A stretch of 64,000 bases of DNA, from NCBI RefSeq assembly GCF_009914755.1, contig NC_060936.1; one strand, given 5' to 3'. The notes beneath the pieces were generated by a model. That model had not been told where the DNA came from. It made no database searches and saw nothing but the letters and a program-made list of their open reading frames with translations. The position numbers and the translations under genes are program-made. This stretch comes from the human T2T-CHM13v2.0 reference genome, Homo sapiens. The first letter of the stretch is position 1. Each line of letters begins with the position of its first letter. Shown here piece after piece: positions 30,993 through 42,800 of this stretch.

Positions 30993-31350
30993 TTTCCTTC
31001 CTTCCTTCCTTTCTTCCTTCCTTCCTATCTCTCTTTCTTTCTTTCTCATTCTTTCTTTCTTCCTCTCCTTCCTTCCTCCCTTCCTTCCTTCCTATCTCTC
31101 TCTTTCTCATTCTTTCTTTCTTCCTCTCCTTCCTTCCTCCCTTCCTTCCCTCCCTCCTTCCTTCCCTCCCTCTCTCTCTCTCCTTTTCTTTCTTGTCCCT
31201 TCCTTCCTTTTTTCTTTCTCTCTCTCTCTCTCTTTCTTTCCCCATCTTTTTCTCTTCTTTCTCTCTCTGTCTCTCTCTCTCTCTGTGTCTTTCTCTCTTT
31301 CATTCTCTTCTGTCTTTCTCCCCACTTTTCTTTTGTCTCCCTCTCACTCT
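30993..31350. repeat. Polypyrimidine (TTCC/TTTC/TC) low-complexity tract with an internal ~60-bp duplication
   Basis: About 360 bp C/T-rich; the segment TCTCATTCTTTCTTTCTTCCTCTCCTTCCTTCCTCCC occurs twice. Confidence 0.95.
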
Positions 31351-33521
31351 TCTCCTGGAAATATTCCAATGGATTACATAAAACACCTTCTAAAAAGCAG
31401 AAAGATATTAAATTGGACCATGACAGGTATAAGGTACAAAGAAATTCTTCAACATATCTGAAGGAAGGAAGAAATAAACAGAATCAAATTCTTGTTTACA
31501 TATTGGCCAGCAACTCATTTTCCCCCCTTTGTGATGTTCTTTTTTGCCATCTTGGAGGTCCTTTTACTGTTGATATTTAGTTATTTCATCAGTTACAGTA
31601 ATTGATATCTCTGCTTGGGATTATCACACAACATCAACATGTGGTTCTTGTGTAACTATGAAAACTTTGCAGATAAAATATCAAAAAGAATACATAGAAA
31701 GCTATTGGAGTTCTCAATTGTCTCCCCACCTCCACCCATTTCTCCAAATAATAGTTTGTCTTTTTATTAAGAAATTCAAAGACAGAAATATTTGTGACAG
31801 ATTGAAGGAGAGATTTAAGTGAAGTTAATTAACTATAAATCATTGATTAAATACATTTTTTAATAAACCACACAGTTTCCTTTCTGCTGCTAATCACTAA
31901 TTAACCTGAAATCATTCAGTTAAAAATCCCTACAAGTTTAATTTTGTTTTTCATCATTTAAACTAACCCATTTAATTAGAAGTTTACTCAATTTTTTAAT
32001 ATTCAGTAAAAAGATGGTGTCTGATGTGGTCAGGTAAAATTTCAATCTTTAGATTCAAAATTCTCAGCTGGATCACAGACTGATTTGAATGCACCACACG
32101 TGCTTTTCTGGAGTCCCCCGTTGGACACAGAGTACTAAGACAGACTCAAAAAAGCATAAACATTTATTAAATAAATATGTACCCTGGCTCTTCAGCAAAT
32201 GACACCTTAAATTAGACATTTTTATAAACAAAGTTGAAAAATAAATAGAAGATGTGATTTTACCCAGGAAAATAATTTTAAAGTGCACTGGGGATTGGTG
32301 GTGGAAAGACTATTAACAAGCAATAAAATGACTGAAAGTTGAAGGGAGAGGAAATAAGAAGAACTGAACATGAAATGTTCCCAGATTATCAAGTTGTAGT
32401 TTTCGCATGTGTGTGCAAACACAAACTTGTGTGTATGTATAAATTGCACACCTTATTAATTTGAGGTTTCCAATACTTATAGTATATTAGACTAAGCTGG
32501 GCTCTGTTAGCATCTGCCCTCCTGACATTCTAGTCATTTAATACCTATGTACTGTACTCATCGCCTTGTCCAGGTCCTCCAATTACCACCCACACCTGCC
32601 AATTCAGCTGGGCTGGGATTGAATCCTATTTCCATAGAACTTTATAAAATCTCTCAGCCTGGGTCGGAGTTACCTTTGTTTTCTGAAGTCCTTTTCAGGT
32701 AGCAGGAAGTGGGGCTAAGTCTTGCTTTGATTGTGTGCTTGAATGTATTTTTTCCTTTTGTGGATCTCTGGGTTCTTATCCATCTGCCTTGCTCTGCTGT
32801 CCTTATTTTTGTGCTGCCTACCTTGACTTCTCACATGCTATTTGAATTCTGAAATAAAGTCTGGTCTGGAATTTGGTGCCTGGATGAGTCCTTGCTCCTG
32901 GATGCTTTCCTTATTCAGGGATCTCACCTCTGCCTGACCACATACTTCTGGGACAGGCCTTCCCTGTCTGTCGTCACACTTCCCTGTGGCTATCGTCCAG
33001 TCTTTATTCCTAGCCCTAACTTATCCCTTTGGCCTGAGTCCTTCTGGACTTGATGGCTTCCTACGGTCTCAACCCTGGTAGCCCCATACCCCACAGCATT
33101 ATGGAACTCAGTTGTCATGTTACTGGCCTCCAACACCCCTAATCTTTCTGAGGCTTTTTTTTTTTTGTCTGCGATTGAGGTTAGACTAGTGTTCTTTGAG
33201 GTCCCTTCCAGATCTAATGCATGATGATTCTATCTACTTCAATCACAACCTAAAATAATAGGAATGGGGAGAAGGCTTTAACAAAACTTGTTATGACTAA
33301 GAACTTTATCCTGTGTGGATCAGGAGGAGGTGCCCATGCGGGTCTACGGTTTTCCTGCTATGTTTTTGGTCCTGACTTGCCTGAACAGCAGCGGGTATAG
33401 AAAAGGACAGTGAGTGACTTGTCCTGGGATTAGGGTTCAGCTTTGAGTCTCTTGCTCATGATCTTTCCTTCAAGACCTATAGGTCCCTTTTTATTGTTAT
33501 GCTTTCCAAATAAGTGGTTTG

Positions 33522-33531
33522 TTTTCTTTCT

Positions 33532-33582
<51 letters not shown>

Positions 33583-33746
33583 CTCTTTCTTCCTTCCTTC
33601 CTTCCTCTCTCCCTCCCTCTTTCTTTCTTTCTTTGTTTCTTTCTTTCATTCTTTCTTTCTCCTTCCTTCCTTCCTCCCTCTTTCTTTCTCTCCTTCCTTC
33701 CTTTTTCTTTCTTTCTTTCTTCTTTCTTCTCTTTCTTTCTTCTTTA
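33522..33746. repeat. (TTTC)n microsatellite and CT-rich tract
   Basis: About 12 TTTC units followed by mixed TTCC/TTTC. Confidence 0.95.
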
Positions 33747-35676
33747 GTTCAACTTAAGCTTTTTCTTCTTCACTTAAAAAATCCACCCTGAGCTTCTCGA
33801 CCTGTATTTGATACATGGTCCAGTGCTTTCATATTCTAGCCTCCAGGTCTGACTGTGGCAGGTGTACTTAAGCATTTAGGGATTTCTCCATCAATGAGGA
33901 TCTTTCAAATGTTCCTGAGAGATAGTTTGAGTAGGTCAATAGCTAAGATGAAAATAGGATTTGGAATAACTAGAGAGTTAAAATTATTTTAAAAATAAGG
34001 AAATGTTGGCCAAAGACTAATGTATGATAATAGTTCTTTTATTAAAAGAACTGGTTATTTATGATAGCAGAAGGCAGCCTAATTTGTCTTTTAGTAATGT
34101 AAAAAACTACCCATTGAGAAGCCATGTTAGTTGATGAAATGCTATTCAGTTGTCCTTATTCATGCATTGTCTTTATTTTAATGACTTGGAAAAGCTTATT
34201 GAGAAAGATGTTCCAATAATAATTTGGAGGTAGGGACTAGGATTGTAGAGTTTGTTACATGAGAAAACCATGAAAACTTTGAAACAGTTCTTTTCATATT
34301 ATTGTATAAAAATTGTGGGTTTATGCTTTGAGCAGGTTCACCCCCCTTTCATATAAAGAACTATAAAGAGTTGCTTTCTCTTTATCATGGGAGGATATTA
34401 TGTTCTGTTTATTCACCTTCATAATAATCACATAGGTCTTCTGAAATAATTGTAATGCACGGCTTTCAAAGTAGCCTAAAATAGAGTATATAGAATTTCA
34501 CAAAATTTGCAAGGTGGTTTCAAATACCATTCTCACCATTTTATAGTTTGGTAGAGTGGAATGGTGCAGATTATGATTTTAGGTGAGTTTCTCCAGTTGT
34601 CTTCTAGTAACAATCAAGTTATAAAGAGATACCATTCTGTCTCCTAGAAATTTCAGCTTGATGCCAGCACTAGAGCGTGTATTCATGTTCCTTTTAAGGT
34701 GTATAAAATTGGAACGCTAATTTTCATCCCTGACCTGTACTCTATTAATTTCTCATGTAAAGTGCCGATCACAGTGCCAGATACAAGAGCAGGTACATCA
34801 TAAACTCTAGTTTCATTTCTCCTTGCTTCACTTTCAGGTACTCTAAATACCAAAAGACTCTGAAAAGAATGCACATCTTAGCCTCCTTAGCTCCCTAGAA
34901 AATCATATCCAGCATGAGTTCAGATCAGGTGATATTCTGGAAAGCTTGGAAAGCCTCAGATTTGTCCGTTACTTGGAGCATTAAAAAATCCTAGCATGTT
35001 CCAGGGTGGGACTCTTGCCAAGACCATGTGCCTGAGAGGTTGCCAGTGCACAGTAGGATGTTTCTCAGCTTTTGAATGTGTTAATGACCATGGAATGCTA
35101 TTGTGTAGATCAGCCTGAAAGTACTGTTTAAGAAAGCAAGATCACAAACGATGCATTTAAGTAAGTCATTTCTTTGCACTATATTGGTTATTCATAAGTT
35201 GCATCAAATTGAAGATACAAGTTCACAAAAAGTAAATTGATCCTAGATTTTAATCGAATGCAGGCTAAGTAAATGCTTATCTTGGAACTATATTTCTATT
35301 TCTTTATGAGAATATTAGAGTTAAAAGTTTGTTACTTTAATATAGTATAGTTGATTTAGTAGTAAAGATTTGGAAAAAATTAAGTCCCCAAATATAACAA
35401 GTACTAATATATTTAAAATATAGAAGAAGATTTTTTTTTTAAAAAAAAGGTGTGGCTAGCTGAGTAGTTTTTGAATTACGTTAAGCACACGTTGCCAATG
35501 TTTATTAGTAAAAGTTCAAACCTGTGACATATTTGTTGGCTCAAATACAAATACACAAAACTTCAACTCAAATATATTTTCTTGCACGACAAAAATCTGA
35601 CTAATGAAGCAACAACAAACATCTTTTGGGAAAGAAGGAAAATCGAGTTAAGAAAAGATGGGGAAATATTTTTTAT

Positions 35677-35695
35677 TGTCCACTAGATGTCAGTA
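35677..35695 (+). promoter_or_regulatory. Candidate CTCF binding motif
   Basis: TGTCCACTAGATGTCAGTA versus core consensus CCASYAGRKGGCRS (13 of 14), in unique sequence. Confidence 0.55.
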
Positions 35696-37964
35696 CTGAA
35701 CTGGCAAAACATCTGTGCCATGGTGCTCTTAGACAACATGCTATTAATTTATAATAAAAGGTATCTGACAGCTTTATTCTGATGAATTATGGGAATCCAA
35801 AGCATAATTCCCAGCCTTTGGTTTATAAATTGTCATTGATTTTAATGTTCTTTGTAAAGTTGTGGCATGCAACAAATTTTCCTGCCAAGAGCTGTTAAAT
35901 AAATAGTCATCCTTTGCTCTGAGTAGTACATTGAACTTGTTAGACTGATGAGCAGAACCAATTGATGGTTATCCATAAACCATTTATGACAGATGCACAG
36001 CAGCAATTCAAACAATTATTGAATGCATTCATTATGTATTTTTAAAAAAATCTCAAGTGAACCAAAAGGAATATCACAGGTAATAGACCGTAGCAATGCC
36101 ACACAATTCTTTATGAGCTACTTCCTGATTGACAGGTGACTAGAATTGTTGTAGGATTTTCTGAGGGCTCATCAAACCTCACTGGAATTATTTGGTTTTC
36201 TCTATTGTGCGATTTGGCATCCCAAAAGTATATTGCATGCCTTTTCTAAAGAAAGATGGTTATTGTAAAGACAGAAGCTTTTGTTCATGTAAAGATCTCT
36301 TACAAACTGGCATGAGAACAAAAGAAAGCTTATGCCTGAGATATAATTTCAGTGCATTTGGAGATTCAGTTTATGTATATGGGAATGTGAAATTTGGAGG
36401 TCTATGATGACCAGTAAGTACTTAATCACTTTAAGCAAAGGTTCTATCTCCTAGAAAAATTCTCCACTGGCCTTATGCTGTTGTATTTGATTTCACTCTC
36501 TGAAAACACTTAACATCCTTGGCGGTTTTCAGAAGGACCCTCGTTTGCCATTGTTCTTTGTTTGAAACTGTCCCGCATGTTCTGTTGCTATGTCAGGGAC
36601 CACCTCTCCTCCCCAGAAGTGGCTTTCAGGGATGTAGCCTCCAGTCTGTTGTTTGTACAATGTTTTAAGACTTCTTTGGGATCAAAGTAAAGTGACCTAA
36701 GCATGTAAAATTCTGTTAATGGTGCTATTTGTAAAAGTACACCAGCAGACTACCTTTAGGCACGGTTAAGTAGTGAAACAGTACATTAAAGACTGAGGAG
36801 CTGACTCTAATGTTCTATCCTTGATTTCCTTTTTTAAAATCTATTGCTCTAAATGTTGTGATATGCCAGGAGTGCACAAGCTGGACATGTCTCCCCAGTT
36901 TCTCTTTGAAAAGGATAAGTCCATGGGCTGAGGACCTCTGATCATACTCTGAATTCCTCAAAAAAATTGGAAGATAGTATTCATTTAGTGTCGTGTTCTT
37001 CAGATTTAAAAATAAAATATTCTTTTTAAGAAAAAAACATTAGGAAGACTGAGAGCTTGATACACATATGGCTGCCTTTTACAAGTCATTATGATCTGTC
37101 ATATAAATACTGTATTTACTGACATTTCAAAATGTGGACTCTAATCTCCACACACATTTATTTTTTTAATAGTTGCTTTTCATTGCAAGCTTCAGTCCAA
37201 CAAATAACATGAGAAAACATGCAACATGGTCCATAGGTTCGACTATCAATGTCATTACTCTTTAAAAAGCTCAAAGACAGTCGAATTCAGAGTATAAAGC
37301 ATTTAAACCTAAATCCAGTTAAACTAAATGGAGTGGGGTGGAAAGTTAGTGAGAGGAGTCACTTTGAGCCCTGATACAGTTCTTCACTGCAAGGGATGAA
37401 TGGTAGCTGTGTATTGCCGTGTATTTTTCCAAAGCTATTTTAATACTGGTTCCTTTACCTAACTCTCAGACTTTCACCATCTCTTCTATTTATCAACAGC
37501 GAGAACTCTTGAGCTGCATTAATCAGCTGCAGTGGCATTTCAAACAGGCAGTATTACTCTATGCAGTTACCAGTGTTTAAAAATGTACATTCTTTGTCCA
37601 ACATTGTGACCACCTGTGGCCAATCAATTTGATCCATAGACTCAGCAGCTTTTTCTGTGCCGAGGGTAACTCGAAAAGACTGTTTCTCAGGCTAATGCTT
37701 CTGGGGACCATGGGCTCAAGCAAAAATTGGGTGTGGTGAAATGGGGATGGAGTAAAATAGTCTTTTAGAATTTTGTTGAAAACTTGTGTGACTAGTATTT
37801 TGGATAATTTTTACTCATGCAAATTATCCATATAATTCCCTTGAAGTAAATACTGTAAAAATGTTGCATCTAAAAGTGACTAAGGCTAAATAAAATAACT
37901 GATCAAATCTAGAGAGGAAAAAAAATAATTCTTTTGACGAACTGAAATGTTCATTTTTCAATCA

Positions 37965-39450
37965 GTTTATTTATTTAGTCACTGAATATATATCAAGCTC
38001 CTGCAACAGGCCGGGTACTATTTCTTGCACTGGGAATATAGAAGTGGAGAGAAAAAAAGTTTCTTCCTTCCCTGGAGCACGCATTCTGGTGAAGGGAGGC
38101 AGACAATGAACAAATACATATAAAATAAGTCATCAGGGGTGAGATGTGCTGAGGCAACAAAGGTGAAACAGGTCAAGAGGGTTAGAGAATGGGGTTCTCA
38201 GATGTCTACCATAAGGGGCTTTCTCTGAAAGAGCATACAGATTTGGGTTGTGTGCTCATTTAGAGAGAAGCACCTTTGGTAGGCATCTGAGCAGAAACCT
38301 GGAAAAAGGGATTAAGCTGGCCCCTGTAGCTAACCAGGGAAGGAGGATTTCAGGCAGAGGAAACAGCATGTGTAAAGCCCTGTGGCAGGGACAGGCTTGG
38401 TGTGGGAAAAGAAGAACAGAGAGGTGAGTGTGGTTAGAGCGTGTGAGTGAGGGGAAACTTCTGCCATATGAGGTGGGAAAAGTACGAGGGAACGTGGTCA
38501 GATGACGTAGACCTTTATGAGATAGCGTAAGAACTCCAGCTGTTTGTTCTAAGTTATCTGGAGAGGGCTTAACGGAGACAAGTGAAGAGAACTGACTTAC
38601 ACCTTAAAGAACTGCTGTTTGCTCTGTAAAGGTAGCGAGGTGGGAGATAAGGGAACTAATCAGGAGCTCATCTGGGAAATGATTACAATAATCCAGGCAA
38701 GAGATAATGGTGGCTTTGCCAGTGTAGCTAGGGAGACACGGCCAGATTCTGGCTATATTTTGAAGGAGAGCCAACAAGACTTGCTGATGGGTTGGAGGGG
38801 ATGAGAAGAAGGGAGGAGTTAAGGATGACTAAGGATTTGGCCTGAGCAACTTCCTAAGTGCTCGTGCTATTTGCTGAGTTGGGGAACACTGGAGAGGATC
38901 AGTTTTGGGAGTTTAAGGAAGAATCAGGAGATATTGAGAGGCAAGTACAGTAGTCCTCCATTATCCACGGTTTTACTTTTTGTGGTTCCAGTTATCCACA
39001 GCACAGTACAATAAGATATTTTGAGAGATAGAGAGACCATATTCACATAACTTCTCTTACAGTATATTGTTGTAATTGTTCTATTTTATTAATTATTGTC
39101 ATTAATCTCTTATTGTGCCTAATTTATAAATTAAACTTTATTGTACATATAGGAAAAAATGTAGTATATGCAGGGTTTGGCACTGGTTTCAGGTATCCAC
39201 TGGGGGTCTTGGAAGGTATTGTCTGCAGACGAGGGATGACTGTAAATATACAATCATGAATTTAGGGACAAAATCAGGTTTTATCGGTTTAGTGATATCA
39301 CATAGTGTCATGGGACTGAGTGAGATAACTTGGGAGGAAAGGGAGAACAGGTGTGGAGCCTTAGTGCATGCCAAGTCAGATGTCATGAGGAAAAGGAAAA
39401 CCCAGCAAAGGACACATTGCAAGAAGAACATTAAGAAAGTGGGAGCCTAG
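37965..39450 (-). mobile_element. L2a, interrupted by MER44
   Basis: Antisense L2a segments (CAGGCAGAGGAAACAGCATGTGTAAAGCCC, AATCCAGGCAAGAGATAATGGTGGCTT, AAGGATGACT..GATTTGGCCTGAGCAACT). Confidence 0.82.
38948..39242. mobile_element. MER44A (Tigger7 family)
   Basis: TA-CAGTAGTCCTCCATTATCCACGG...GAGGGATGACTG-TA; TA TSD. Confidence 0.88.
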
Positions 39451-39452
39451 AA

Positions 39453-39915
39453 CAGTGCTTCTCAAAGTGTGGTCTGTGGACTTGTAGCAGGTATGGGCTG
39501 GGAGCTCTTTAGAAATGTAAGCACTCAGACCACACCCAAACTCACTAAGTAAGAAACTCTGGAGGTGGATCTCAGGAATCTGTGTTTTGTTTTTTGAGAT
39601 GGGGTCTCTCTCTGTCACCTGGGCTGAAGTGCAGTGGCACGATCATAGCTCACTGCAGCCTCAACTTCCCAGGCTCAAGTGATCCTCCTACCTCAGCCTC
39701 CTAAGTAGCTGGGACCACAGGCATGCGCCACCATGCCTGGCTAATTTTTTATTTGTAGAGACGGGGTCTCTCTGTGTTGCTCAAGCCTCTCCTGGGCTCA
39801 AGTGATCGTCCTGCCTCAGCCTCACAAATGCTGGGATTACAGGCGTGAGCCACTGCACCTGGCCAGGAATCTGTGTTTTAACAAGCTCTCCAGGAGATTC
39901 TTTTACCCAGTGAAG
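39453..39915. mobile_element. MER5A (hAT-Charlie) split by an Alu
   Basis: CAGTGCTTCTCAAAGTGTGGTC...AGGAATCTGTGTTTTAACAAGC.CTCCAGG.GATTCT. Confidence 0.8.
39589..39864 (-). mobile_element. AluJ
   Basis: Antisense Alu; perfect 15-bp TSD AGGAATCTGTGTTTT at 39574-39588 and 39865-39879. Confidence 0.95.
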
Positions 39916-40463
39916 CCAAACCAAAGGAGATGTTTCAGGTGTATCAAATGAACAAAGGAACACTATTTGAAGGACTCATTTCAATTTATTTAATTAAAAT
40001 ATCAAATTTATTTTATACTTCAATTTATTCAATATGAAACATTAAAATTTCTTCATCTTTGAATATATTTTTGTTAGGCAGTAGAGCACTGTATTTAGTT
40101 AGGAATAGAATTTGGGAATCTGTATTCCAAAATGAGTTCAGAGATCCAAAATAATCAGCTAAGAAATATCATTGCTGAAGGTGTCAATAGCATTAATTGG
40201 GATATACATCACTGCTCAAAGACCTATTTGGATTCTAGATCAGCTCCTAGAGTCCTGATTTTCCACAGCATATGATAATCAAAATAGTGGCTAAACTCCC
40301 AAATCTCCTGATTTTAGCCCCATATGTACTGTAAATGCATTGACCTTACCCTTATATCAGAGATCATGGAGGAATTGTTGACCTGGGGCATGAATTGAAT
40401 TACATTTTTTTTTTTTTTGTATGTGAGTACAGGTTGTGGCCTGACTAGATTTCTCTCATATAG

Positions 40464-40619
40464 GTTGCCCTTCATCACTCAGCAGTGAAGAATGAAAATC
40501 AACAGAGCTTTCCCCAGCCTGCTGCTTAAGCAGCTGCTAGCAGGCTGAGGCTGCCCAGCCTCATTAACCCATTAGATGCTGCGTTCGCCCGGGAGTCATT
40601 CTTAATGAGGCTGCTGCAG
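40464..40619 (+). other. Candidate non-coding exon containing two hairpins
   Basis: CTGAC branch at 40441; TTTCTCTCATATAG| acceptor; CAG|GTAAGC donor; stops in all three frames. Confidence 0.3.
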
Positions 40620-42499
40620 GTAAGCCAGACATGCACCAAAATGTTAGGGCATTAAATTAAGACTCTTAAATGTGGGACCTATAATAGAGTTGTTTTTATG
40701 TCAGAAACAGATACATCAGAGAGCACTCTTAAGGCGAGTAAAGCAAATGATACTATTACCATCTGTGAATCTATAGTGCTTTAAAGATGTTGGAAATTTT
40801 GAATTCAGGAGGCACTTGGAAGCTTGTCATTTTCCCAAACATCGTGTCCCCCTAATTAGCAACTCTGTTCTCTAGAATAGGCACCAGTGTACAGAATCAA
40901 GTCAGATTTCATATCACAGCTGAAAGGACTCTTGATCCTCTAAACTTCCTGGTTCACAATTTTCTCTGGATAGAAAAATAATGATTGTAAGCAAAACTAA
41001 ACAACAAAACTAAACACCACTTTTTTTATAGCCCAGAGGAAATGAGGATTTCTGTTTGTGCCAACAAAAATTTTTTGCAGTGATGGCAGTAAGACTTGGG
41101 AAGCAAACTGTGCCACATAACTGACCATGGATACTCTGGCTATGGGTGGATTTTTAAGGTCTCAGATTAATGTGTACTTGTGATTGAGTTTTTGACAAGA
41201 CTCCTAGGGTCCAGTGTTATAACTTCCTCATCCCTAAAATCTTGCAATTCCCCTTTACCTCTTAATTCGAGTCTCCTTTTATTGGAGAAAATAATTGCAT
41301 CTATCTCTCTACTTCTTTCATGTGCCTTCTTCTGTTTTTCCATTCCAATCAGGTCTCTACGAATATCTGATATTTTTAAAAAATTAAAAAATGCTGCTCT
41401 TCTTTATTGTTGCATGATATTAGAGAGAGAAAGCCATACGTTTACGTTTTCCTGTTCAAGAATATGCTGGATAAAGTTAGCCATCCTTTCCCAGGAGCAT
41501 GAATGCTATTAATATTTTAGATTGTAATCTAATAAAATTTCATCTTATCCTATTGCTTTTCTTAACCACCCCCCAGCAATCAAGTACATAGTCTTAACAT
41601 CTGAGGCTAAGAAAAAAGGAGTTCATCTATTGCACAAGTGTTTTTCAATACATTTTTTAAAACTTGGAGGAGATGGTGGTGGGGGGTGGTGGTGCTTCAT
41701 GTAATTTTATAGGACCTCTGAGGCCCAGAGTTTTTAAGTAATCTTTTTTGATGTTTTTAGACAGACCATTAAGCTGAGGATAAAAGTCCCTGTGTTCAAT
41801 ATCTGGATACATTAAGCATTAGGTTTAAAATTTACAGCTTTCATTTTGACAAGAAAAATGACACGTTTGGTCTCAAGTGCTACCTTGAACTGTTTTTCAA
41901 CACGGAGACAGATTGTCAGGCTGAGGGTGGAGGTCTGTGCTCTTAGTCCCTGAGACGCTCCATGGGGTAAACTGCTCCAAGTCATCAGGAAATGCTGACT
42001 GAACCCTGGGCAACTGGCTGGTGTCTGGTGGGGGCAATGGCAGAAAGCCACCTGGATGCTTATCCCCTCATGGGTTGAGGTCTACTCAAATGCCTTCTTC
42101 TGTAAATGCAATTGATCCAAAAGAGGAAAAGAGTGAGCCAGACAAGGAGAATGTCTACATGTAGGGGTGGACTTCAAAATACTTCCATTTTTATTCTGCC
42201 CATAAGAAGTTCTTCAATGGATCCTCTTTTTCCTCTGACAAGTTAAAGTGCATCTGGGGACTAGGACTTCAGGGAGTTGTCTGAACTAAGTGACACGTAG
42301 GGGTAGAAGGTGGAGGGGAAGTCAGGGAGACTATGCTGGGCTGTAGGAGCAGTGAGTAGGTAGGTACAGAAATTTGAGGAGAGTGTGGTGTGATCCAGGA
42401 GATGCAACTAGTATCAGAACTATGGATAAAGATATAACTCTCCTGCCTCCCCTTACTCCAACAGAAGAGGGAGGCTGGAGAGGTGGGCATGGAAAAAAT

Positions 42500-42800
42500 G
42501 GAAAGAGTTTTCTAAGCTAGGATAAGGAATGTGAATATTACTTCGAAGACAAAAGATGGAGATGGCAAGATTAGATGTTGTTTTTGGAAAACGAGTGGTG
42601 CTTCTAGGTGCAGAACAGACTGGGGTGGTAGGACCGACAGCCTAGCTGGGAGATGCCTGCAGGAATCCAGGGTGGAGGTGATGAGTTGGCGGAGAGCTAC
42701 CCTGTGGCCAGGGAGGACTGGCATTGTGGGCACAAAGTGGGGCAAAGGAGGCAGGCATGAACAGTATTCTCCAATGGATCTGATGGGATTTGATGATGGA
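42500..42800 (-). mobile_element. L2 fragment
   Basis: CAGGAATCCAGGGTGGAGGTGATGAG...GATGGGATTTGATGATGGATG, antisense L2-like. Confidence 0.5.

Noticed and set aside
21504-33791. Glu/Lys/Arg-rich and Phe/Ser/Leu/Pro-rich ORFs at 21.5, 24.8-25.4, 30.9-31.5 and 33.4-33.8 kb
   Set aside because: Translations of purine/pyrimidine simple repeats that lack stop codons by composition.
40515-40640. H/ACA snoRNA or pre-miRNA interpretation of the double hairpin
   Set aside because: No ANANNA H box between the hairpins, and the stems are too short for a Drosha substrate.
41180-41512. 110-aa ORF that looks like the antisense of a charged coding exon
   Set aside because: The corresponding minus-strand frame has an internal TAA, no convincing splice sites and no protein I recognise.
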